The notes under the pieces were generated by a model that did not search any database, was not told where the DNA came from, and worked only from the letters and a program-made list of their open reading frames with translations. Below are positions 33,390-42,174 of a stretch of 49,778 nt of DNA, piece by piece. A program made the position numbers and the translations under genes. The stretch's first letter is position 1. Every line of letters begins with the position of its first letter. The stretch is from Chloroflexia bacterium (GTDB lineage Bacteria; Chloroflexota; Chloroflexia; QHBQ01; JADMIH01), in the NCBI GenBank assembly GCA_038324555.1, contig JBBQIC010000001.1, forward strand, positions 1-49,778, written 5' to 3'.

Positions 33390-33499
33390 AACCAACTAGA
33401 CCTTGTCATTCTGAGCGAAGCGAAGAATCTGGTCGTCGGGCACTGTGCTGAGGTTTAGAGATTCTTCGCTTCGCTCAGAATGACAAGGTCTAGTTGGTT
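33390..33499. repeat. 41-bp perfect inverted repeat (…gtcattctgagcgaagcgaagaatct)
   Basis: aaccaactagaccttgtcattctgagcgaagcgaagaatct (33390-33430) pairs with its exact reverse complement (33459-33499). The loop is 28 nt. Confidence 0.9.
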
Positions 33500-33535
33500 C
33501 CTCAACCCCAACACCAGCGACTTTGAATTGACCCT

Positions 33536-33598
33536 GGAGTAGGGTGAGGGAGTAGGGATAAAGACTACTCCCTCACCCTATTCCCTCACCCTACTCCC
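33536..33598. repeat. agggtgagggaat-family hairpin
   Basis: ggagtagggtgagggagtaggg-ataaagacta-ctccctcaccctattccctcaccctactccc. The loop and arm are shared with the 9644 copy. A half-copy lies at 33332-33356. Confidence 0.9.
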
Positions 33599-36105
33599 TA
33601 CCGCTTACAGGCTTGTTTAGCGAGATACTCCGCTCCCAGGAGGCCGAGGAGCACTTCGTTCTCTGTGCCTTTGTATTCGGGGTGGTATTCGAGGCGGTTG
33701 CGTTCAAAGTACTGGACGGTGTAGGTCTTGCCGTCCGCGTCGTTTCTCTCTTGCGTCTCTTCGGATAGCGGGTAACCAAAAACGCCAAGCCCGCCCTGCT
33801 TCTGCCACCAATCTTTGAAGAGACTCATCGTATGTCCAGTTTGGGGGAAGTATAGGCTGGAGATCGCGCCTTGCGGATTCGTACCGGCAGCGAAATTGCG
33901 CCCGCTCGTGAGCCAAACGCCTAGCAGACCTAGCTGCACGTCGTTGGGCGGCGCGTTTTCGGGATGGTATTCCATACGAGCGCGCTCGAAGTATTGCTGC
34001 TTGTAAGTCTTGCCGTCGCTTGATGGACCTGTGAACTCTTCGCTGATGGGTAGACCGAGCAAGCGAAGGCCGCCATGGCTCTCCCAGTAGGCGCGGAACG
34101 GGCCTCGCAAGTTATGTCCTGTCTCCTGGAAGTAGTGGTTATCGGCGTCGCTCAGAGGATTCGCACGCCCCAGGGCCAGACAAACTGCCGCAGAGGAGTT
34201 TTGAGTTCTGAGTTCTGAGTTTTGAGTTTGGCTAGTGGCATTGGCGAAGGCAAGCATAGAAGCGGCGTCTGTGGGCTTGTGGACCACGTAGGTCGGATCG
34301 CTGCCCACCTGTAAAGATACAACGCCGCCGTTAGCTGCGAACGAGCGCGTTTGGCCGTTACGGTCTATTATCTGCACCTGGCTAGAAAGGGTGGGCAGGC
34401 TGACCTGCACGCTATCCGTTGCCCAGAGCACGTCAACCACCTGGCCGTCGGTGCGGTCGAAGCGCGTTATAGAGACGTCAGGACCCTCGATAGATTGCAT
34501 ATCGTCAACATAGATTGTGCCGCTGCCCGCAGGCTCGTCGGGTGTGTTTTCCAGGCGGAAGGCCGCAAAGCTCACAGGATAGTCTACTTTGCCGTTGGCG
34601 GGACTGCCCCCGGCGCGTTCCCATGGGAAGTAGTAGTTGTTGATGCGCGCCCCATAATAACGCCAGCCGTCTTGTGAGCCTGTGACCGCACCAAGGCGCG
34701 CTTTGAACAATTCGCCGTCGCGGTCGCGCAGCCAGGCGCTGAGATAATTGCCAGAGGCGTCGCCCCGTATCCACAGGCCCAATTCGTTAGGCTTGCCCGG
34801 AAGGGGGATAGGTTGCGACGGTGTGAAGTCTACAGCCTGGTTAGGCGTGTCAAACCTGTACTTTAGCTGACCGGAGGCGTTACCGCCGTGATGCTGGTCA
34901 GGGCTGCCGGTGAAGTCGCCGCCGGGGTTTCCCGAAACGACGCTGTGGGTCCAGGTGGGCGGAGACTCAAAATCGGCGACGATGGTGGACGTGCCGAGAT
35001 GTACGCGGCCCTGCGGGGTAACGTCCGTTAGCAAGTGGGCGTTGGTGGCATATGCGGCGAATGATGGACGACGCGACGCGAGGTCGGCCTTGCCGTTGCC
35101 CCACGACGTGAGGCCCCACGATTGCCCACCTGCCGGTCCTTCGTCCTTGAAGCTGTACCAGAAAACGTGGTCAACCATGCCACTGGCGAGCATCTGCGCG
35201 TAAGCCTGGGCGAGATAATCGGCCTGCGTCTGGTCGTTTAGCTGCCAGTCGTTCGCGGGCCAACCCACCTCAGTCACCCATAGAGGTCGATCAAAGTTGT
35301 GGCGTTGCAAAAAGGCGTGATACTTAGAGAGTTCAACCTCAACTATTTTATGCACATCCGGGCGGCTCTCCTGACGCGCTTGCGAAGGGTCTACTGGCAC
35401 GGCGTAAGGGTGGATGGCGAGAATATCAAAGCTGTCGCCCGCGCCCGCCGAAACCATATCTTCCAGGAAGGGCACGGCGTTGCCGGTCAGCCCGCCCGTG
35501 AGCACTTTCGCGCTGGGATCGGTCTCTTTCACGGCTCTGTAGGCCGTCTTGAGCAGGTCGGCGTAGGCGTGGGCGTCGGGCGCTGGCTTCCAGAAGAGGT
35601 CGCTGTTGGGTTCGTTCCACACTTCCCAGAAGTGGACTTTGCCGCGATAGCGGTCAACCAACGTGCGCACGAACCAGTAGTATTTGCTGCTGTCGGGCGG
35701 GTAGAAACTGAGCGGGTCGGATTGTCCATCGTCGGCGGTGGACGGTGTGGCCCAGTTCACAGAGTAGGAGATTATGCCCACGATGTTGATGTTGCGCTGG
35801 CCGAGGGCGTCTACGATGCGGTCGGTGGCCGTCCAGTCGAACTGGTTCTCATGCGGCTCAATTAGGCTCCACACAAAATCTTCGCGGTCCCACGCGGCTC
35901 CCGTTTGGAGGAGAGCGTCGGCGGGACGGTCAAACGTGCCCCAATCAGGCCAGCGCATTGCCCCGGCGATACCAAACGGCGATTTGGGATCGGGTGGGGC
36001 GGCAAGCTGCGAGGCATGAGTTTGAAGTCCAGGGCTGTATGAAGCTAGGGGCGCAAACAGCAGTATGAACACAGACAGAAAGGCAATACGGCGTAACGAT
36101 GACAT
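33598..36105 (-). CDS. Secreted clan GH-A (TIM-barrel) glycoside hydrolase with C-terminal 'GGL..LG.PISEE..GKTY..QYFER..EYH' repeats
   Basis: Signal peptide. FWEVWNEPN (acid/base) and WVTEVGW (nucleophile) motifs. Three C-terminal repeat modules like those in the fused PstS. Confidence 0.75.
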   Translation of the reverse strand: MSSLRRIAFLSVFILLFAPLASYSPGLQTHASQLAAPPDPKSPFGIAGAMRWPDWGTFDRPADALLQTGAAWDREDFVWSLIEPHENQFDWTATDRIVDALGQRNINIVGIISYSVNWATPSTADDGQSDPLSFYPPDSSKYYWFVRTLVDRYRGKVHFWEVWNEPNSDLFWKPAPDAHAYADLLKTAYRAVKETDPSAKVLTGGLTGNAVPFLEDMVSAGAGDSFDILAIHPYAVPVDPSQARQESRPDVHKIVEVELSKYHAFLQRHNFDRPLWVTEVGWPANDWQLNDQTQADYLAQAYAQMLASGMVDHVFWYSFKDEGPAGGQSWGLTSWGNGKADLASRRPSFAAYATNAHLLTDVTPQGRVHLGTSTIVADFESPPTWTHSVVSGNPGGDFTGSPDQHHGGNASGQLKYRFDTPNQAVDFTPSQPIPLPGKPNELGLWIRGDASGNYLSAWLRDRDGELFKARLGAVTGSQDGWRYYGARINNYYFPWERAGGSPANGKVDYPVSFAAFRLENTPDEPAGSGTIYVDDMQSIEGPDVSITRFDRTDGQVVDVLWATDSVQVSLPTLSSQVQIIDRNGQTRSFAANGGVVSLQVGSDPTYVVHKPTDAASMLAFANATSQTQNSELRTQNSSAAVCLALGRANPLSDADNHYFQETGHNLRGPFRAYWESHGGLRLLGLPISEEFTGPSSDGKTYKQQYFERARMEYHPENAPPNDVQLGLLGVWLTSGRNFAAGTNPQGAISSLYFPQTGHTMSLFKDWWQKQGGLGVFGYPLSEETQERNDADGKTYTVQYFERNRLEYHPEYKGTENEVLLGLLGAEYLAKQACKR
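34196..34230. repeat. gagttct heptamer tandem, in frame in the glycoside hydrolase
   Basis: gagtttt gagttct gagttct gagtttt gagtttg. Encodes QTQNSELRTQNS on the minus strand. Confidence 0.8.
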
Positions 36106-36296
36106 GAAGATTTATCCTTCTCAAAAGCAGAGTCTCTAAAACACAAGCAAAATGGCGACGCTATAAAACGCCTCTTTGATTATACACACTCTGAAGCCTC
36201 TAGAGAAATAGGAAAAGCAAAGTACTTTTCGGCTAACACTCTGGGATAGGGTGGTTCCGTAGGGGCACACGGCCGTGTGCCCTGTGATGTAGGGGA

Positions 36297-36537
36297 GTAG
36301 GGGCGCACGGCCGTCATTGACCCCAACTAATACACTGGTTCGACTCCGCCCGGCGCTCTCCGCGAGCGAATTAGTTGAGGCATGGTCATAATTCGTAGGC
36401 ATGATTGCGGTTGTAGGGGCGCACGGCCGTGCGCCCCTACGGTTGGGCCGCAGATGTATGCTGGTACGTAGCGCGTGTCTGACCATTTATGACCATGCCT
36501 CAATTAGTTGGAGTCAATGACGTCCGTGCACCCCTAC
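36297..36537. mobile_element. MITE-like composite element with 35-bp terminal inverted repeats (32/35 match)
   Basis: Left end gtaggggcgcacggccgtcattgaccccaactaat (36297-36331). The reverse complement of the right end (36503-36537) is gtaggggtgcacggacgtcattgactccaactaat. Inside are a 17-bp inverted repeat ttgaggcatggtcataa (36375-36391 / 36487-36503) and a gtaggggcgcacggccgtgcgcccctac palindrome (about 36413-36440). Confidence 0.65.
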
Positions 36538-38096
36538 GGAACCGCTCTGTCCAGGCGACTATGACGCATGAGCGCGAGTACGTAGATGATTGCCCCGTAA
36601 TAAGCAAGCGCCCACAAAGGGTTTACTGCGTCGAAGCTCAAAGACGACATGGGCAGCGCCGCCCACCAGCCGACCCACCAGATCATCCACGCTGCACTCA
36701 TCCACGTTAAGAGTCCTATCGCGGCTGCGACTGGAGGAACGAATATTCCGACTACTCCGGTGAATATGCCTACAACCATAAGCGGCAGGAGTGACAGTTC
36801 GGTGGTCAGGGTGGCAAGTGGCGATACAAGGGAGAGCCGTCCGGTCAACAGGATAACAAGCGGAAAAGTTGCCACTTGCGCTCCAAAACTCGTTGCGAAG
36901 GGCAGCGCCAGATAGCCAGGAACGCGAATTCGCTTCATCGCACGGTAGATATGAGGCGACAGGAGGGTAATGCCCAACAGCGCGCCAAAGCTTAGTTGAA
37001 AGCCTCCATCAGCCAGCACGTAGGGATTAATCAAGCCCATCACGCACGCTGAGACCGCGATAGCCGACGTAGGGTCATAACGCCTGCCAACGAGCGGTGC
37101 GAGCAGCAGAATCGCGCCCATAATCGCAGCGCGCACCACGGAAGGCGTCGCACCCGTAAAGACGGTGTACGCGGCCAGCAGGACAAGCACCACTGCGGTC
37201 AACCACATAGGTAATCGCCCCGACGCTGCGCTCAGGGTAGGCTCTGCTCCGGTGCGCGTCGAATAGAGCAACCAGATAAATCCTATAAGCAATGCGATGT
37301 TTTGCCCCGATATAGCCAGTATATGCACCGTGCCGCTCGCCTGAAAATCGTCCTGTACCTTCTTGGGCATGGCTGACCTGTCGCCTATGACCACGCCAAC
37401 GGCCAGAGATGCTTCTGGCTCTGGAAGGCTGCGCTGCAACGCGCCGCGCACAGCCTGCCGCGAATTTGCCACTAGTTGCGCGGCTATGGAGGGGTTGCCC
37501 GAACCGAGGCTCCTGGCTTTCGGATAGCGCATGTAAGAATAGACCCCCTGCCGGGCTAAATATGCGGGGTAATCGAACGTTCCCAGGCGGGGAGGGGCAG
37601 TAAGCGCGCCCGAAAGCGATAGCTTTTCGCCAACGTCGAACGCCGGAAAGCGTGGCAAGATAACCAGCAGGTCGCCCCCAGTCGGGTGGACCTCTGTCTC
37701 ACGAGGCAGCCTTACGCTTTCGGCGGTAACACGCACGCGCTGAAATTGGTCAGCGAGCACGGGTTCGCCTGAGATCGTGCCGACCACGAGCAGTGGTGGA
37801 GACGTTTCCGCGCCGTTGTAAAAGGAGATGTCGGCAGGTGTCACAGGCGGGTGCATCAGCAGCCCTCGCGCGCAACCGGCTAGCGCGAATACGATGAACA
37901 AGCAACTCCATCGCACGCGCTTATCGTCCCCGGCCAGGCGAAGTGGCAACAATAGAAATAGCGCCAGACCAAAGAGAGTTAGCGACGGCACGCTATCCAA
38001 GCCCGAAGGATAACGGTTCGCAAGCAACAACCCAAGCTGAATGCCCACAAGCCAAGCCACAATGCACCCAATAGTGTTCACGCGCAATGACCTCAC
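36534..38096 (-). CDS. comEC: ComEC/Rec2-family membrane protein (no beta-lactamase domain)
   Basis: GTG start. DUF4131-like N-terminus followed by the polytopic competence domain (SGTVHILAISGQNIALL). Confidence 0.75.
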   Translation of the reverse strand: MRSLRVNTIGCIVAWLVGIQLGLLLANRYPSGLDSVPSLTLFGLALFLLLPLRLAGDDKRVRWSCLFIVFALAGCARGLLMHPPVTPADISFYNGAETSPPLLVVGTISGEPVLADQFQRVRVTAESVRLPRETEVHPTGGDLLVILPRFPAFDVGEKLSLSGALTAPPRLGTFDYPAYLARQGVYSYMRYPKARSLGSGNPSIAAQLVANSRQAVRGALQRSLPEPEASLAVGVVIGDRSAMPKKVQDDFQASGTVHILAISGQNIALLIGFIWLLYSTRTGAEPTLSAASGRLPMWLTAVVLVLLAAYTVFTGATPSVVRAAIMGAILLLAPLVGRRYDPTSAIAVSACVMGLINPYVLADGGFQLSFGALLGITLLSPHIYRAMKRIRVPGYLALPFATSFGAQVATFPLVILLTGRLSLVSPLATLTTELSLLPLMVVGIFTGVVGIFVPPVAAAIGLLTWMSAAWMIWWVGWWAALPMSSLSFDAVNPLWALAYYGAIIYVLALMRHSRLDRAVP

Positions 38097-38128
38097 TTAC
38101 TGACACTTACATGAGTTGCTAATATTCA

Positions 38129-38193
38129 GACGATGGACGATGGACGATGGACGATGGACGATTGAACGAGCATCGTCTATCGTCCATCGTCTC
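38129..38193. repeat. gatggac-family hairpin upstream of comEC
   Basis: (gacgatg) x~5, loop tgaacgagc, then atcgtctatcgtccatcgtctc. Confidence 0.9.
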
Positions 38194-38265
38194 TGGTATT
38201 GGCGGCTTATGATAAGTATCGGTAGAAGTGAGAAGCCAAAGGTAAGAGATTCACCGCTCGACCAA

Positions 38266-40026
38266 TCACTTCTCGGCTCTGACCTCAAACAACGAAAACG
38301 ACGTGCCTGGACAGCCTACCTGCGTCAACTTGTATCCATTCTTCAGATGATGATACGTTTCACCTATCCTGGTGTTACCCCATTGCTCCTCAAACCCGGA
38401 CAGAGGCAAAGCGAGATAGCCCCGCACGTCTGACTCTCCGCCCTCTAGAGCCTGGTCAACCGAACCGGGCGTTTCAAGGAAAAGCTCGCGCGGGTTCAAT
38501 CTGGTATACTGACGTAGCGTAAAGGTTATCCCAAAGCTGAATAACGGCTTTTGGGGCGAACTACTACCAACGGTTTCTTGTACACAGCGCGCCGCCCGCA
38601 AGTAGTCCTCCTTCTCAGTATACAAGCCTCGAAAATCAGCCCAGGCGGTGACTGCGGAGATTAGCAGGCCAACTCCCGCAGCGCATAGCACCAGGAGTAT
38701 GGCAATCGTGTGCAGCCGGTAGACAATTTTGGATTTTGGATTTTGGATTTTGGAGTTGGTAAGTTTAGTCCAAAATCCAAAATCCAAAATCCAAAACCCC
38801 CCTAAGCCAGCTACGATTGCCATCGGCGGCAGGTAGCTCAATACAAAGCGGTCGGCCTGATATATGTTGCCGCTGTAGAACCCCGTGAAGAGCAACCACC
38901 AACCTACAAGCAAGCCTGCGGCTGCGAGCGCCTTCCACCGCACAAGCGCCAACAAGCCCAACATCAGCATAGGTAGCAGCCCCAACCCAAGCGCGCCGAG
39001 CGACAGGAGGGGGCGCAGCAGGAAGAAATACCCCATCGGCCACTTATAGCTCAAATGACCATCAGGGCTATCAAACGACGACTGCCAGGCGTGCGCAGGG
39101 TTCCAGGTACTTATCACCGGGCTTGGAAGCGACCCCATAGGGTGCGCCAGGTTGTGCAGAAGCTGCAAACCCACAAGAAAGACTAGAGGAGCAGCTAGGG
39201 GCCAGAAGCGTCGCACCAATAGGGACCAGGGGTCAGGGATCAGGGATCGGTTAGTAGCCTTCGCCTCCCGATCCCTGACCCCTGACCCCTGATCCCTACT
39301 TCCTATGATAAATAGGAAGATAGGGAGCAACAGCAGAGGGTAAATATAACGGGTTATGGAGGCGATGCCGAGGCACAAACCCCCGGCGAGGCCCGTCCAT
39401 AGGGTGCGGGAATAGGGTGAGGGAGTGGTTACTATTCCCTCGTCCCTCACCCTATTCCCTGCGCTAAGATAGCGCACTGCCAATAGAGCGCCCAAAACAG
39501 CCCAGAAAAGGCCCGCCATATCCGCCATAACGACCAGAGAAGCCCGCACCGCTAGAGGAGATACCGCCATTATTAGACCGGCGAGGACTGAGCCATATAG
39601 CACGTTGCGCGGTAGGGTGAGGGATGAGGGAGTAGTTCCTATTCCCTCATCCCTCACCCTACTCCCTATACATTGCCAAGTAGCTATCATCAGCATGGAC
39701 GTAAGCATAGGAGTAAGCGTGCCTGCCACGAAGTTGATAGCCTGCCCTGCGATAGTGTTGAGTCCGGTGATGGGGCTGACTAATGCCATCTGTATGTGAT
39801 AGCCTAGCGGCCATACTGATATTGGCGGCGTTCCCCAGACCGTAAGCCACTGCCAGAGCTTGCCGGGGTCTGTCCAGACCTTGACTAAATCCTGCGTTGC
39901 CGTAAGATAGAAAAAGGCGTCCTGGCCGTAAAGACCGTCAAACGGAAAGAGCAGGAGCAACAGGCCGCGAAATAGCAGCGAGACCAGCCCTACCAGAAGA
40001 ATAGCCATCCAATCCTTGCTAAACAC
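38266..40026 (-). CDS. GT-C fold membrane glycosyltransferase (GT39/ArnT/PMT_2-like)
   Basis: More than 10 predicted TM helices. N-terminal loop FPFDGLYGQDAFFYL. Carries four in-frame hairpin-element insertions. Confidence 0.6.
   Translation of the reverse strand: MFSKDWMAILLVGLVSLLFRGLLLLLFPFDGLYGQDAFFYLTATQDLVKVWTDPGKLWQWLTVWGTPPISVWPLGYHIQMALVSPITGLNTIAGQAINFVAGTLTPMLTSMLMIATWQCIGSRVRDEGIGTTPSSLTLPRNVLYGSVLAGLIMAVSPLAVRASLVVMADMAGLFWAVLGALLAVRYLSAGNRVRDEGIVTTPSPYSRTLWTGLAGGLCLGIASITRYIYPLLLLPIFLFIIGSRDQGSGVRDREAKATNRSLIPDPWSLLVRRFWPLAAPLVFLVGLQLLHNLAHPMGSLPSPVISTWNPAHAWQSSFDSPDGHLSYKWPMGYFFLLRPLLSLGALGLGLLPMLMLGLLALVRWKALAAAGLLVGWWLLFTGFYSGNIYQADRFVLSYLPPMAIVAGLGGFWILDFGFWTKLTNSKIQNPKSKIVYRLHTIAILLVLCAAGVGLLISAVTAWADFRGLYTEKEDYLRAARCVQETVGSSSPQKPLFSFGITFTLRQYTRLNPRELFLETPGSVDQALEGGESDVRGYLALPLSGFEEQWGNTRIGETYHHLKNGYKLTQVGCPGTSFSLFEVRAEK
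38727..38797. repeat. ttggatt-family hairpin, in frame in the GT-C transferase
   Basis: ttttggattttggattttggattttgga, a 15-nt loop, then ccaaaatccaaaatccaaaatccaaaac. Encodes FWILDFGFW...KIQNPKSKI. Confidence 0.9.
39220..39298. repeat. cagggat-family hairpin, in frame in the GT-C transferase
   Basis: tagggaccaggggtcagggatcagggatcgg, a 17-nt loop, then ccgatccctgacccctgacccctgatcccta. Confidence 0.9.
39399..39460. repeat. agggtgagggaat-family hairpin, in frame in the GT-C transferase
   Basis: atagggtgcgggaatagggtgagggag-tggttacta-ttccctcgtccctcaccctattccct. Confidence 0.85.
39611..39668. repeat. agggtgagggaat-family hairpin, in frame in the GT-C transferase
   Basis: ggtagggtgagggatgagggagtag-ttcct-attccctcatccctcaccctactcccta. 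Confidence 0.9.
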
Positions 40027-40047
40027 GAGTTGAGTTTACATTCTTAA

Positions 40048-41190
40048 ATGCAAATAGGCAACGACTCGGCAAAGCCGGAAGAGCGAGATAAGGGCGCGAT
40101 TAATCACGCTCCCACCGGCTGGCGCGTCCGGCCTTACAGGGAGGAGGATATGCACGGCCTGCTCGCACTTTACAGCGATGTCTTCGGACGCGAGCGGACG
40201 GAAGAGGAATTTCGATGGAAGCTGCTGGGACCAGGCACAGCTATAGATACTGTGTGGGTAGCTGAGAGCGCAGACGGAGAGATAATCGGCCAGCACGCGG
40301 GCATACCCATGCGTCTCAAGCTAGGGGATAGTATTGTTACAGCGATGCACGCAGTTGAAGCCATGTCCCACCGCGATTTCCGGCGGGAAGGGATGCTCAC
40401 CAGGCTGGGTGGGGGGCTTTACGGGCGGTGGCAAGAGCAGGGCGTTCCACTCATCATAGGCTTGCCACACGAGGGTTGGGGGTCGCGCGCCTATGCCCTC
40501 GGCTATCGCCAGGCGTTTCCCATGAGGTGGCTGTCCCGACCCTTGCGGCCTCTCTCTATCGTGCTGTCCAAAGTCCAAAGTCGAATGTCCAAAGTCCAAA
40601 GTTCAGGGTCCAAGGTTCAGGGTCCAAGGTTCAGGGTCCAAAGTCCAAAGTCCGAAGCTGAGGGTTGGACTTTGGACTTGCAGGACATACAGGTGCTCCG
40701 CCACGAGTTCGCCGGACCCGACTTCGACGAATTGTGGAGCGACATAGGAGGCGCTTACAGCAACGCAGTAGTCAGAGACGCCCGATGGGTGCAATGGCGC
40801 TACCTGGACGCGCCCACTGCGCCTTACTCGCTCTTGCTCGCCAGCCGGAAAGGCAGGCCTACGGGTTACATAGCCTATCGCACCGTAACGTCTGGTGCAA
40901 GAAGGATCGGGCGCATCGCGGACATCTTCGCCCGGCCAAATGACACTCAAACAACCCGTGCCCTGGTGAGAGAGGCTATATCCGACCTTCGACGCAGTGG
41001 CGCAGACTCTGTGGTTGTCCTGGTTGCGGTTGGCTCACTTCTATACTCAACTATGAGGGCGCAAGGCTTCTTGTTCAATCGCGGCGAGTATAAAGTGGCC
41101 TTCATACGGCTCTCGGAGGCTATTGACGCCCAGACTATAAATGATCCCGGCAAGTGGCTCCTCACAGGGGGAGACTTTGATGTCGTTTAG
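40048..41190 (+). CDS. GNAT-family N-acetyltransferase (two-domain)
   Basis: VRPYREEDMHGLLALYSDVF, VAESADGEIIGQHAGIPM, FRREGMLTRLG (acetyl-CoA loop). Has a 115-nt in-frame repeat array. Confidence 0.75.
   Translation: MQIGNDSAKPEERDKGAINHAPTGWRVRPYREEDMHGLLALYSDVFGRERTEEEFRWKLLGPGTAIDTVWVAESADGEIIGQHAGIPMRLKLGDSIVTAMHAVEAMSHRDFRREGMLTRLGGGLYGRWQEQGVPLIIGLPHEGWGSRAYALGYRQAFPMRWLSRPLRPLSIVLSKVQSRMSKVQSSGSKVQGPRFRVQSPKSEAEGWTLDLQDIQVLRHEFAGPDFDELWSDIGGAYSNAVVRDARWVQWRYLDAPTAPYSLLLASRKGRPTGYIAYRTVTSGARRIGRIADIFARPNDTQTTRALVREAISDLRRSGADSVVVLVAVGSLLYSTMRAQGFLFNRGEYKVAFIRLSEAIDAQTINDPGKWLLTGGDFDVV
40566..40680. repeat. gtccaaa/ggtccaaggttcag array with short reverse arm, in frame in the GNAT
   Basis: About 13 heptamer units run 40566-40657. 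The reverse arm is ttggactttggacttg. Encodes SKVQSRMSKVQSSGSKVQGPRFRVQSPKSEAEGWTLDL. Confidence 0.9.
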
Positions 41191-42118
41191 TCGTGCCCTC
41201 TTGCGGACTCTGGCCCGCTGCATCATCTACCCTCTGGTTGAGATGATGACGATGTTGTTGCTTCTCGCGCGTGCCAAAATTGGCGGAAGCCAGCGTCTGG
41301 CCCGCCCTTTCAGATCAGCAGGTGGACAATGCGTGCTCATTATAGCAGCACACCCCGACGACGAAACAATTGGGTGTTTCGGCGTCATCCTCTTACACAG
41401 GCAAGCCGGGGATACCGTCAAGGTCCTTGTGGCGACCGACGGAAGTGGTTCGCGCGCTGGCGGACTATCTCCCAGCGAAATGGCTGCCGGGCGGCGCGAT
41501 GAAGTCACGGAATTGCAGAAACTGCTTGGTGATATCGAAATAGAGCAACTCGGCCTGGTAGAGAACCGGTGGGACCAGGGCGCACTTGAGGCAGAACTCA
41601 GAGTAACCCTAGATAAACTAAAGCCTCATATCATATATGCCCCGTCGTGCGTTGACTTCCACCCTGAGCATATAAAGGTAGGCAAGGCTCTTGCTGAAGC
41701 CTTAGTCCATCTGGGGAGTGAGCAACTACCCATAATAAGAGCATATGAGATGCAGGCGCCATTGGGCATAGAGTTGGTCAACTTCTACTCTCCCCTGGGC
41801 CAATATTACCCTGAAAAACGGCGCGCTATAGCCGCATACAAATCGCAAAAGGGCGCGCTCGACCTGTGGGAGCGACAGGCAAAGTACATGGGCGCATTAT
41901 TCGGGGCGGCGGGCGGCGCAGAAGCCTTCTGGGAAATGACCACGCCTGGTTATACCAGCATCATGCGCCACGCGGATTGGGATTGGCAAACAACGCCCTT
42001 CAAGGGCCTCTCCGGTCGCCCCTTCGGTGATTTCCGGGCGCATGTGACAGGAAGAAGGGTTCGCCTTTCACTTCTTCGTATTGCCAAGCCTACGGACTCT
42101 TCTCAACCGCAAGACTGA
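41180..42118 (+). CDS. PIG-L/LmbE-family N-deacetylase
   Basis: ATG 41180 overlaps the GNAT stop by 11 nt. Contains LIIAAHPDDETIG and a later HPEH motif. Confidence 0.85.
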   Translation: MSFSRALLRTLARCIIYPLVEMMTMLLLLARAKIGGSQRLARPFRSAGGQCVLIIAAHPDDETIGCFGVILLHRQAGDTVKVLVATDGSGSRAGGLSPSEMAAGRRDEVTELQKLLGDIEIEQLGLVENRWDQGALEAELRVTLDKLKPHIIYAPSCVDFHPEHIKVGKALAEALVHLGSEQLPIIRAYEMQAPLGIELVNFYSPLGQYYPEKRRAIAAYKSQKGALDLWERQAKYMGALFGAAGGAEAFWEMTTPGYTSIMRHADWDWQTTPFKGLSGRPFGDFRAHVTGRRVRLSLLRIAKPTDSSQPQD

Positions 42119-42174
42119 ACTTTTGCGCCAGGCAAAAAGAATGCGAAGAGTAACCAGAGCGCGTATACTGTATA

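Noticed and set aside
36338-36348. tRNA-like T-loop motif ggttcgactcc
   Set aside because: The flanking bases do not form a T-stem (actgg vs ccgcc). No acceptor or anticodon arms are present. The motif gactccgcccggcg recurs in the 46684 repeat, so it belongs to a repeat, not a tRNA.
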